Source of the DNA: Bacteroidales bacterium
GTDB taxonomy: Bacteria > Bacteroidota > Bacteroidia > Bacteroidales > JAADJA01
Direction: 5' to 3'
Assembly (NCBI GenBank): GCA_041393255.1
Contig: JAWKKM010000015.1
Span: 468-64,467, forward strand
Length of the DNA stretch: 64,000 nucleotides
The notes under the pieces are model-generated. The model saw only the letters and a list, made by a program, of their open reading frames with translations. It was not told the DNA's origin and searched no databases. Both the position numbers and the translations under genes were made by a program. This document shows, piece by piece, positions 1-9,569 of this stretch; the first letter of the stretch is position 1, and the number at the start of each line of letters is the position of its first letter.

Positions 1-141
1 TTGGGTAACCACCGTTGAGTGTTGCGAAGGATGCACACGCTTTACAGCATAATCCCTCATTTGCTTCGATGGGGTTGCCCGTTGCGAATAACCGGCAAAA
101 ACAAAGCAAAGAATCATTGAGAGTAGGAATAACTTTTTCAT
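1..141 (-). CDS. 5' end of a secreted protein gene that runs off the window (signal peptide region only)
   Basis: An ATG at 141 on the minus strand gives MKKLFLLSMILCFVFAGYSQ..., open to the window edge. It is absent from the ORF track because it has no stop codon in the window. Confidence 0.35.
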   Translation of the reverse strand, partial: MKKLFLLSMILCFVFAGYSQRATPSKQMRDYAVKRVHPSQHSTVVTQ

Positions 142-353
142 ACGTTTAAATTTTGATTTTTAAATTATTTCGAATTACAATATTATTTTCAGCCAAAATT
201 ACAAAATATTCGCAATTGTTCAAGGGGAAAAGAATTTATAGCGTACCCGACAAATTGCAATCGTGTTGGATTTCCCCAATCTGCTGCAAATTTGTAACTT
301 GTGACCCAACGATCTGCTTAAAGCATTGATAATACGATTTTCAAAAATTCATT

Positions 354-361
354 TATCTTTG
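354..361 (+). promoter_or_regulatory. Bacteroidota-type -7 box TATCTTTG (TAnnTTTG) upstream of the orphan RHS cassette
   Basis: Exact TAnnTTTG match about 25 nt upstream of ORF 385. The same TTTATCTTTGAC 12-mer recurs at 3412-3423. Confidence 0.35.
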
Positions 362-384
362 ACCTAACCTCCTGAGGCCACATT

Positions 385-1395
385 TTGCTATACGATAGTA
401 ACACATACAATTACCGGTATTTCCTGAAGGACCACCTGGGCAATACTCGTATTACCTTTACTGAAACCGGCGAAGTGATCCAGGAAGACAGTTACTACCC
501 CTTTGGTATGAGCATGAACGGATTATGCTATCAGAACGGGCTTGACTTTGAAAATAAATACTTATACAACGGCAAGGAATTACAGGATGAGTTTGGGCTG
601 GGGTGGTATGATTATGGGGCGCGTTTCTACGACCCAGCTTTAGGGCGTTGGCATGTGCCTGACCCAAGAGCAGAGAAGTACGAATCATGGAGTCCGTACA
701 ATTATGCCTTAAACAATCCACTTTATTTCATTGATCCCGATGGGGATACGGTTAAAACTGCAGGAGCAGCAGAACAAGCAGCATATAATGATTATAAAAA
801 AGAAGTAAATAATCAGGCTACTTATTATCAAGGAAAGGTTACGAAAAATCAAAACCAAACTTCATAATGCAAAAACAGATGTTGGACGTTTCTTTGCAAA
901 AGTTGGACTTAATGTTGCACAAAGTAGTCTTTCAACTCATCAAGGAATACAGGCCGAAATTAGTACTATGGAGAGTTCCTCCACTGTTTTTATGGTGCGG
1001 ATGGGGTCAAAAATAGCCGCTCCATTGCCGAGCGGAAGTGGCAGAAGTAATAAATATCCAATACAGCTACAAATCAAGTTGATATAAACATTGGTAGTTC
1101 CTCAATGTTCTCCACCAGACAAATTGTTGCACATTTTGTCTTTAAACATGGCCATCAGAATTTATGAAGATTTGGATTTTAATTCAACAGGTTTAGGCGG
1201 TGGGCTCTTTATGACCAATCAGATGAAGTAGCAGCATTTGAGAGGACAAATCTTTTTGGAACATCGGTTGATATACCAAGTACTATTAGTAATTCTTATG
1301 GAACGCTTGATAAAGGGCCAAAATCATTCCATTTATTAACTCCATTACAACAAACCCAATACCAGACACTAAAGGCGAAGGGTCGGTATCATTAA
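385..1395 (+). pseudogene. Orphan RHS/YD-repeat C-terminal cassette: end of the RHS-associated core plus a C-terminal toxin region with several frame breaks
   Basis: ORF 385-867 contains YD-repeat and RHS-core hallmarks ([32 protein letters not shown] ... [10 protein letters not shown]). There is no RHS repeat body upstream. Coding-like sequence continues in shifting frames to a stop at 1393-1395 (...KAKGRYH*). Confidence 0.7.
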
Positions 1396-1403
1396 TTTAT
1401 AAA

Positions 1404-2006
1404 ATGAGAATTATGAAAATTGGTTTTAATTATCTGATAGTACTGTTAGCTCTTTGTATTATTCATAGTTGTAGCGTTTTACATGAAGTAAATGATGTCG
1501 CAGGAAATTATAGCAATAAATGGTACAACACGCAGCATGAGTTAAAATTGTACACAGACAATAACTTTGTTTTCTTCATAAAGGAAGGTTTGCTACTCGA
1601 TACAATTAAAGGTACATGGAGTGCAGAAGGTAAACAGCTTTTGCTAAAGGCAGATTATATACAATCCTACTACAAAGCATATAAATGTGATACTTGTAAA
1701 AATATCTTTTTAGAAGTATATGACAGCCATAATAAGGAAAAACTAATGGCGTACTATAAAGCTTATGAAAAAGGAACTGTAAGAAGTGGAGGAAATACAG
1801 ACCAGTCAATTAAGTTGCCTAATAATATTGATAGTGTTCATGTAGAAACACTTGGCTACAACTCTTTAAGTCTTGAAATTGATAAGAATCAAAAAAGAAT
1901 AGAAGTATTTCTTTCTGAGCCAGAAAGCAACCTCTTAAAAAACAAATTTTATATTAAGAAAAATAAGATAAATGTTGCTAATGGACTTGTTTTGGAAAAA
2001 CAATAA
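1404..2006 (+). CDS. Lipoprotein, candidate cognate immunity protein of the RHS toxin cassette
   Basis: 200-aa ORF that starts 8 nt after the end of the toxin region. It has a signal peptide with a lipobox-like LCIIHSC. The immunity role is inferred from position only. Confidence 0.45.
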   Translation: MRIMKIGFNYLIVLLALCIIHSCSVLHEVNDVAGNYSNKWYNTQHELKLYTDNNFVFFIKEGLLLDTIKGTWSAEGKQLLLKADYIQSYYKAYKCDTCKNIFLEVYDSHNKEKLMAYYKAYEKGTVRSGGNTDQSIKLPNNIDSVHVETLGYNSLSLEIDKNQKRIEVFLSEPESNLLKNKFYIKKNKINVANGLVLEKQ

Positions 2007-2025
2007 AATTAATATTCATAAATAG

Positions 2026-2048
2026 AACCCGGCAAGTCCGGGTTTTTG
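2026..2048. terminator. Bidirectional hairpin terminator between convergent genes
   Basis: aaCCCGGcaagtCCGGGttttt lies between the stop at 2006 (+) and the stop at 2051 (-). A/T runs sit on both sides. Confidence 0.6.
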
Positions 2049-2050
2049 TT

Positions 2051-2369
2051 TTATAACAATCCAGCCAACCTGAGCAAATTGTCCAGTTCCTTATCCGAAA
2101 TACTTTCCTTATCGCCTTTATCGTAGATGGAAAGCAGGAAAACCGATTCAGCAACAATAATAACACAGGAAATTACACGGCTGCCACCGCTTTTGCCTTT
2201 GCCTTTAGAAGTAATGGCCATGCGGATTTTATAACAATCCTTGCCAAGTGGCTGCCCTTGCTTGGGTTCTTCTTTTAACGAATCCACCAAAGCCTTATAA
2301 TCCACCTTTACCGAAGGGTATTTCTGGAAAGTTTTTTTTCAGTTCCTTGTCGAAAATCGGTGTAAACAT
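2051..2369 (-). pseudogene. RelE/ParE-superfamily toxin with one frame break in a T8/A8 run
   Basis: ORF 2051-2305 carries ...GKDCYKIRMAITSKGKGKSGGSRVISCVI..LLSIYDKGDKESISDKEL. The true N-terminus MFTPIFDKELKK starts at 2369 in another frame. The break falls in the homopolymer at 2332-2339. Confidence 0.65.
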
Positions 2370-2586
2370 TAAAGCCTCATCGTACAGTTGGTCAGCAGTT
2401 TTTAACTTGATTTCCTTTTATGCTGCCCACCTGTTCCAGTGAGTTTTTAGTCCCTTCCACGAACTCTTTGTTGATTTTTGAGCCAACTTAGCTTCCGACA
2501 CCTTCCTTTAACAAAACCAAGGCTCTTTACCAGTTCCATAAAGAACGGGTATTTGTTGTCCGGTACGTTTAAACTACTTGTTTCAT
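2370..2586 (-). pseudogene. Small antitoxin-like ORF remnant upstream of the RelE-like toxin, with frame breaks
   Basis: Pieces MK/TSSLNVPDNKYPFFMELVKSLGFVK..., ...SKINKEFVEGTKNSLEQVGSIK... and ...KEIKLKTADQLYDEAL lie in three different frames. The position and size fit an antitoxin partner. I recognise no named family with confidence. Confidence 0.3.
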
Positions 2587-2593
2587 AATCCTG

Positions 2594-2939
2594 TTATTTT
2601 GTGGCAAACGCCTGTTTTGTTTTAAAATTTTGTATATAGGTGTCAATTACATTAAACAACACCGATTTAGTATTGCTATTCATTTTCTGATACTTTCTTT
2701 ATCCTGTCAATGGTATCCCATTGCAAGACGAATACTCACTCCTGCCTAAGAGAAAGTCAATAACTGTAACCCCGAATGCTTTGGCTATTTTTTAAGGCCA
2801 TCTCAAGAGACGGTGAATTTTCGTTACGTTCGTATTTTCCGATTATCTCCCTTGATGCGCTAATTTGTTCTGCAAGGTCGCCCTGCGACCAGCCTTTCTC
2901 TTTCCTGAGTAAAGATATTTTGCTTCCGATGTTTAACAT
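2594..2939 (-). pseudogene. XRE-family helix-turn-helix regulator with frame breaks
   Basis: MLNIGSKISLLRKEKGWSQGDLAEQISASREIIGKYERNENSPSLEMALK is a typical HTH_3 motif. C-terminal pieces (DTIDRIKKVSENE; MNSNTKSVLFNVIDTYIQNFKTKQAFATK*) continue in other frames. Confidence 0.6.
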
Positions 2940-3094
2940 GTTCCTCTAATAAGTAAGTATTTACATTGATTTTACAAAACAAGAGAAATAAGCAGCATAT
3001 TATAAAAAGCAAGTTGTTTTTTGTTTAATTGAAAACAAGTTATAGATTTATGCAAATATTACAGATTGCAAAAAATAAAAATATTTTTCAACCA

Positions 3095-3405
3095 ATGGAA
3101 ATAAGGGACATAAAATCACACCTAAGCATATTAACAGTGCTAAGCAGCTATAACCTTAAACCCAATAAAAACAATATGCCCCACATCCCGTCCTCTTTTG
3201 CACCAAAGGAGTGCCTATGGCGCAAACGAGGACGCATCATCAAACAGCATTTGTAATGCGAATTTTAACAAATCGTAATCCCTTTGCCAATTACCACGAT
3301 AAATTTAACATCAGTGATCAACCCAAACCACCGCGAGTGTTCCAGCCCGGCCATGTGTACAAGCATCACCCGTGCCTTTATAGAATAATTGAGCATTTTC
3401 CCTAA
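3095..3405 (+). pseudogene. Possible decayed N-terminal fragment of a mobile-element DNA primase (CHC2-type)
   Basis: MEIRDIKSHLSILTVLSSYNLKPNKNNM resembles primase N-termini that precede the CHC2 zinc finger. The downstream frames show only a weak likeness to the finger region. This is a weak call. Confidence 0.2.
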
Positions 3406-3413
3406 AATAGGTT

Positions 3414-3421
3414 TATCTTTG
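3414..3421 (+). promoter_or_regulatory. Second copy of the -7 box TATCTTTG
   Basis: Same TTTATCTTTGAC context as at 352-363. It lies upstream of the RHS stub and the OMP gene. Confidence 0.35.
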
Positions 3422-3444
3422 ACATGTAGGTCCAAGGCAAACCA

Positions 3445-3576
3445 ATGCACAACGAAAACGGTACATACGATTATCACAATTTCCTGAAAGGCCACCTGGG
3501 AAACACCCGTATTTCCTTTTACCGGTTCGGTTCAGGGAAGGGACATGAAATGGATAAAAAGAAGAATAAATGTTAA
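3445..3576 (+). pseudogene. RHS cassette junction stub: a YD-repeat fragment that is then truncated
   Basis: MHNENGTYDYHNFLKGHLGNTRISF... is homologous at both nucleotide and amino-acid level to 400-460 ([20 protein letters not shown]). It then diverges and stops. Confidence 0.5.
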
Positions 3577-4447
3577 AGAAAACTACATCACATATTTTAT
3601 TTCTGTTGGTTTTGTGCTTAGCTATAAGCTATAATTCATTTGGACAGGAGAATATTGTAAATGACAGCTTACAGGGTAATAGAAAAAAGGAGAGGGAAAA
3701 TAAAGTGGCCAAAGAAGCATTCAATCTCAAACCTCGATTCCGAATAAATACAAGTGGGGTTTATTCTTTCCCCGATACTTATATTCGGTTTGACAGACCC
3801 GATAATATTCTGGGTTCTAAAATCAGCCTGGAAGATAACCTGGGGCTTGCTGATTCTAAATCCTTTGCTACATCATCATTGATATACAGGATTACACGAA
3901 GCAGTGGAATATATGCCTCATATTATGGTTTAAATCGAAATGCTGCCTGTGTGGCCGAAAAGGATATGCCTTACCTGGATGGATGGATTTCAGGAGGGGA
4001 AGAAATAAATACATATTTTTATTCGCAGGTTTTGAGTTTGGGATATTTGTATTCCATACTTCCCGATCACGATGCATTTCTGGGAGCTTATATAAGCGTT
4101 TATTTTCTGACGATGCGAACAGGAGTCAATTCTCATCAGAGTATGTTGGATGAAGATATTGAACTCATTGCACCATTGCCCAATGTTGGACTTATATTGG
4201 ATTTCAGGATTTATAAATGGTTTGGGCTTTATGCCAACATGGGTGCGTTTGGTATTAATTCAGACCCCTTTAGCGGGAAGTTGTATAACTTCAATTTGGA
4301 CCTTACCTTTACCGCGACCCGTTGGTTGGAATTTTCAGGGGATATAGCACATTCAATGTTCAGGTTAATTACCCGGAGCAAAATTATAATATTGAGATTG
4401 GTTATAACTTTCGCGGCCCGGCATTAGGGGCCTTTTTCAAATTTTGA
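3570..4447 (+). CDS. Outer-membrane beta-barrel-like protein with one frame break near the 3' end
   Basis: It has a signal peptide (LVLCLAISYNSFGQ). After a break near 4335 an alternative frame gives ...VQVNYPEQNYNIEIGYNFRGPALGAFFKF*, and a C-terminal Phe is typical of OMPs. Confidence 0.5.
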
Positions 4448-4640
4448 ACAATACCCCGGCACCCTGATGTTTACAACTTCATCGAGCAAAGACTCTTTCG
4501 TTTTCAAATCGCATGAAACTCCATTTGCAATTAATTGGCAAATTCGCGGCAATCCTTTTCAGTATCCCCCAAAACATCGAATATACTCTCAATTGGATGT
4601 AAAAATCCAAAACATGTTTATTGGATACCACATATTAATT

Positions 4641-4648
4641 TATCTTTG
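4641..4648 (+). promoter_or_regulatory. -7 box TATCTTTG upstream of the R-M operon
   Basis: Exact TAnnTTTG match 33 nt upstream of the ATG at 4682. Confidence 0.4.
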
Positions 4649-4681
4649 TTGAATAATTATCATTCACGATCATAAAAAAAG

Positions 4682-5292
4682 ATGAGTTGGGAAAAATATA
4701 TTCCAAAAGAGATAGCAGAGCGATATGAGATACATGATTATAAACATGCAGCGACAATCCTTGCTAAGGAATTCCCTGTTGAATTTAAAGAGATTTGTGC
4801 ATCTTTATTAAGTTTTAAGTTTTCAAAAAATGACATTTTAGTAGGTGGAGGAAACGAAAGTAATATTCCAAAAATATTCTCAGGCCATTAGGCTGGCAAG
4901 ATAAAAATTTAGAAGCAGAATTAAATGTATTTGAAATTAAGGGAAAATCCGGCAGAGAACTAAAAAGTTCTATACATCATGGCTCTCATAAGGTTGATTA
5001 TATAAAAGGTAGAATTGCATTTGATTTGGAATGGAATAGTAAGGATCAAACATTTGATAGAGACCTATATGCCTTTAGGGCATTTTTTGAGTATGATGCA
5101 ATAAGCCTCGGAATACTTGTTACAAGAAGTAATGAGCTTGATCCTTTATTTAAGGAACTGGGAATAAAACCAAAATATGGAACGAGTACAACTCATATGG
5201 GCAAACTAATACCTCGTTTGATAGCGGGTAGAAATGGTGGATGCCCTGTTATCGTATTTGGAATAACTACAAAACTGCTAGTTGACGAATGA
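4682..5292 (+). CDS. Type II restriction endonuclease, BglII/BamHI-like fold, with one frame break near 4886
   Basis: The N-terminus (ERYEIHDYKHAATIL) and the core (RIAFDLEWNSKDQTFDRDLYAFRAFFEYDAISLGILVTR) resemble the BglII/BamHI catalytic region. ORFs 4682-4891 and 4891/5026-5292 join if one base is added in a TT run. The stop overlaps the methylase start (ATGA). Confidence 0.55.
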
Positions 5293-6023
5293 TTTCTAAT
5301 TCCAAAATATCACAAGACTTTATAAATTTTGTCCAGGACAGAAAATTTTCGACGATTCTTGCCGATCCTCCTTGGCAGTTTCAGAATAGAACTGGGAAAA
5401 TGGCACCTGAGCACAAACGTCTTTCCCGCTATCCTACATTAAAACTTGAAGAAATCAAAAGTATTCCTGTAGAATCCACTTTAAATGATACTGCACATTT
5501 ATATTTATGGGTTCCCAATGCACTACTGGCCGAGGGCCTTGAAGTCTTAAGCGCATGGGGGTTTACTTACAAAACTAATCTTATTTGGTATAAAATAAGA
5601 AAAGATGGGGGGCCGGATAGAAGAGGAGTTGGTTTCTATTTCAGAAATGTATCCGAGATCATTCTCTTCGGAGTAAGAGGTAAAAATCCAAGAACTTTGC
5701 AACCCGGAAGAACTCAGGAAAATATTATTGTAAAACAAAAAAGGGAACATAGCCGGAAACCAGATGAACAATATAATCTTATTGAATCTTGTAGTTGGGG
5801 GCCATTCCTTGAAATGTTTGCCAGAGGCAATAGGAAAGGGTGGTATTGTTGGGGAAACCAGGCTGATGATTATTACCCCGATTGGGATACATATAAAAAT
5901 CATTCACAAATCAATAAAGAAAAAACCAAAATACTTTATAACAATTCAACCATAGATTTTAATAAGAAGCAGCTAACACTCCTCGAAAAAAAGGAGACAA
6001 TAAAAAAAATCAATAAAGGATAG
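5289..6023 (+). CDS. MT-A70-family DNA methyltransferase (DPPW motif)
   Basis: ILADPPWQF motif, plus LYLWVPNALLAEGLEVLSAWGFTYKTNLIWYK, which is typical of the MT-A70 family. It is translationally coupled to the upstream endonuclease. Confidence 0.8.
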   Translation: MISNSKISQDFINFVQDRKFSTILADPPWQFQNRTGKMAPEHKRLSRYPTLKLEEIKSIPVESTLNDTAHLYLWVPNALLAEGLEVLSAWGFTYKTNLIWYKIRKDGGPDRRGVGFYFRNVSEIILFGVRGKNPRTLQPGRTQENIIVKQKREHSRKPDEQYNLIESCSWGPFLEMFARGNRKGWYCWGNQADDYYPDWDTYKNHSQINKEKTKILYNNSTIDFNKKQLTLLEKKETIKKINKG

Positions 6024-6313
6024 ACCTACATCCCGAAGTCGAAGCACTTCGATATCTTGGGGTTTTATTCCCCGCAGCTTGCTGCGAAAATGGAATCTGT
6101 TTTTCTTTATTATAATTCCCACTCCCCGATATTACATACCCATTCCCCATAAATCTAATAATATTCCCCGAAAAATAAAACATATCCCCCGAAACATAAA
6201 TAATAATTTGGATAATATAAAACAAAATCCCAGAAAACATAACAATATATTTGTTATTATAAAAAATTATCCCCACTTTTGCAAACACAATCCCCAAAAC
6301 AAACAACTGCATC

Positions 6314-6670
6314 ATGATAAACTGGAACATACGCCCCGTATTCAAAGCCCGCTCCATCGAAAAGCCCTACACCTTTCTTGTCAAAGCAGGCATCTCGCCG
6401 CATACAGCCACCTCCATCCTCAACAGCACCTCAAAAACACTCAGGACAACACACCTCGAAATACTTTGTGAAAAGCTCAACTGCACACCCAACGACCTCC
6501 TTCAGTGGACGCCAAACAAAGACAACCCCTTGCCCGACACCCATGCACTCAACAGGCTAAAGCACAACCCGGCCGCTTCCGATATCGGCCAGAAACTCAA
6601 ATCACTCCCCCTCGAAAAGCTAAACGAAATCGCAGCCTTCATCTCCGGCCAGCAATCCCCTGAAGAGTAA
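6314..6670 (+). CDS. Helix-turn-helix (XRE/Cro-like) DNA-binding protein with atypical C-rich codon usage
   Basis: MINWNIRPVFKARSIEKPYTFLVKAGISPHTATSILNSTSKTLRTTHLEILCEKLNCTPNDLLQWTP matches a widespread Bacteroidota HTH family as I remember it. Third codon positions are visibly C-rich, unlike neighbouring genes. Confidence 0.65.
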   Translation: MINWNIRPVFKARSIEKPYTFLVKAGISPHTATSILNSTSKTLRTTHLEILCEKLNCTPNDLLQWTPNKDNPLPDTHALNRLKHNPAASDIGQKLKSLPLEKLNEIAAFISGQQSPEE

Positions 6671-6694
6671 GTCAAAATAACGGGCAAAAGAAAA

Positions 6695-6727
6695 AGCCCC
6701 TGACAGATCACTCCAGGGGCTTTCAAA
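6695..6727. terminator. Bidirectional hairpin terminator
   Basis: AGCCCCTGacagatcactcCAGGGGCTttcaaattt lies between the convergent stops at 6670 (+) and 6748 (-). Confidence 0.6.
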
Positions 6728-6747
6728 TTTCATTAATATTGTTCTCC

Positions 6748-8168
<1,421 letters not shown>

Positions 8169-8217
8169 AGTATTTATTATTTTAAATGTTTTCTAATCAA
8201 GTTATTAAAAAGGGGTG

Positions 8218-8225
8218 CAAAGCTA
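8218..8225 (-). promoter_or_regulatory. -7 box TAGCTTTG for ahcY
   Basis: TAnnTTTG on the minus strand, about 50 nt upstream of the ATG at 8168. Confidence 0.35.
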
Positions 8226-8323
8226 TAAATTAATATAACCATACACAAATAAATGATTTAAGTATTCTTTTTAAAGCTTTTATTTACTCATCGGGATAGT
8301 ATAACAACAAAATCGCAAAATTG

Positions 8324-9439
8324 TTACAAATTTTTATAAAAACATCTGCGGCGTTTATGCTGAATGTGTTCGTAATTCTTCCAATTACTGATCACACTGT
8401 GGTTGGTTTCGAATATACCAGTCGTTTCCATCTGATTGATGCCCATCTCCATCATGGTTTGCTGCAGCTCGGCAAAAAGAATAACGGCAGCCCCCGAAGT
8501 GTGGTATTCGGGGCTTACACCGGTCAACAACAAATCAATTACTTCCGGGTTTTTCATGGCCTTGAGGATGTGTAAAAATCCAAACGGAAACAATTTTCCA
8601 TTGGCCTTTTTCATTGCCCCTGATAAAGAAGGAAGCCCGATAATAAAAGCCACAAGCTTACCCTCTTTTAAAACCAGGCGGATAAACTTTGGATTTAAAA
8701 CCTTAATGTATTTTTCTCCAACAGCTTCAATCATCTTATCGTTCAATGGCGTCACATAAGGCAATTCATGGAAGGCTTCGTTCAGGATTTTAAAAATAGG
8801 ATAGGTAAACTGCCTGAGTTCCTTTGTTGTTTCAAACGATTTAACTTCGAAGCCATAGCGCTTTTTTACGATGGCAGCTCCTCGAATTCCTTTTTTGGTA
8901 GCAGCCTCACCCAACGTTAAACGGAACTCAACCCAATCATTTTCCTTTTCGTATCCAAGTCTTTCAAAATGTTCCCGGTAATAAGGCAGGTGATAAACCG
9001 ATGCAATGGAAGGGATAAAATTAAAGCCATCGATCAACAATCCTTGCAGGTCAAGATTGCTAAAACCCAGGGGCCCGTGAACCCGATTCATCCCTTGTTC
9101 CTTTATCCAGCCTTCCGCTTCTTTAAATAAGGCTTCAGAAACATTATGATCATCAAAAAATTCGACGCGCGTAATTCGTCCGGCTTTAATCCCCTTTTCC
9201 TTATTGTATTCATGGTTGATCAGGGCTCCAATTCTGCCAACACACTTCCCCTCTTTCCAGGCAGTCCAGAATTTGGCATCGCAGTATTCAAAAAAAGGAT
9301 TGGTCTCCGGTTTTAATTGCTTAATCTCATCACTAATAAGGGGTGGAATCCAATAACTATTTCCCTTATAAATCTCAAAAGGTAACTTTACAAATTCCTT
9401 AATATCACTATTGGTTTTAATCTCTTTTATTTCAAACAT
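8324..9439 (-). CDS. Conserved GNAT-like N-acetyltransferase family protein
   Basis: Intact 371-aa ORF. The family assignment is from memory of similar Bacteroidota proteins and was not verified. Confidence 0.45.
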   Translation of the reverse strand: MFEIKEIKTNSDIKEFVKLPFEIYKGNSYWIPPLISDEIKQLKPETNPFFEYCDAKFWTAWKEGKCVGRIGALINHEYNKEKGIKAGRITRVEFFDDHNVSEALFKEAEGWIKEQGMNRVHGPLGFSNLDLQGLLIDGFNFIPSIASVYHLPYYREHFERLGYEKENDWVEFRLTLGEAATKKGIRGAAIVKKRYGFEVKSFETTKELRQFTYPIFKILNEAFHELPYVTPLNDKMIEAVGEKYIKVLNPKFIRLVLKEGKLVAFIIGLPSLSGAMKKANGKLFPFGFLHILKAMKNPEVIDLLLTGVSPEYHTSGAAVILFAELQQTMMEMGINQMETTGIFETNHSVISNWKNYEHIQHKRRRCFYKNL

Positions 9440-9468
9440 TTTTACCTTCTAAATGTTATTTGACAGTA

Positions 9469-9476
9469 CAAAGTTA
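9469..9476 (-). promoter_or_regulatory. -7 box TAACTTTG for the GNAT-like gene
   Basis: TAnnTTTG on the minus strand, 30 nt upstream of the ATG at 9439. Confidence 0.35.
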
Positions 9477-9569
9477 AAGCATAAAATTTCATTCATAAAA
9501 TTTTTATTGACAATCGATTTTTAATTGTTTATTTTGCATGTATTATTAACAACATGTCAGGGCATCCAA

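Noticed and set aside
6010-6471. Overlapping ORFs of 115 aa (minus strand) and 130 aa (plus strand) covering the C-rich leader
   Set aside because: Both translations are extreme low-complexity sequence (runs of I/F/N, or P/N/K/H) that simply mirror the skewed nucleotide composition. They overlap each other and the convincing HTH gene. I treat the region as non-coding.
9440-9569. Riboswitch or canonical promoter upstream of metH, and likewise in 13245-13446 upstream of the metF fusion
   Set aside because: I could not recognise any conserved SAM, SAH or B12 riboswitch core by eye. The best -7-like sequence (TATTTTG) is one T short of TAnnTTTG. A covariance-model scan is needed.
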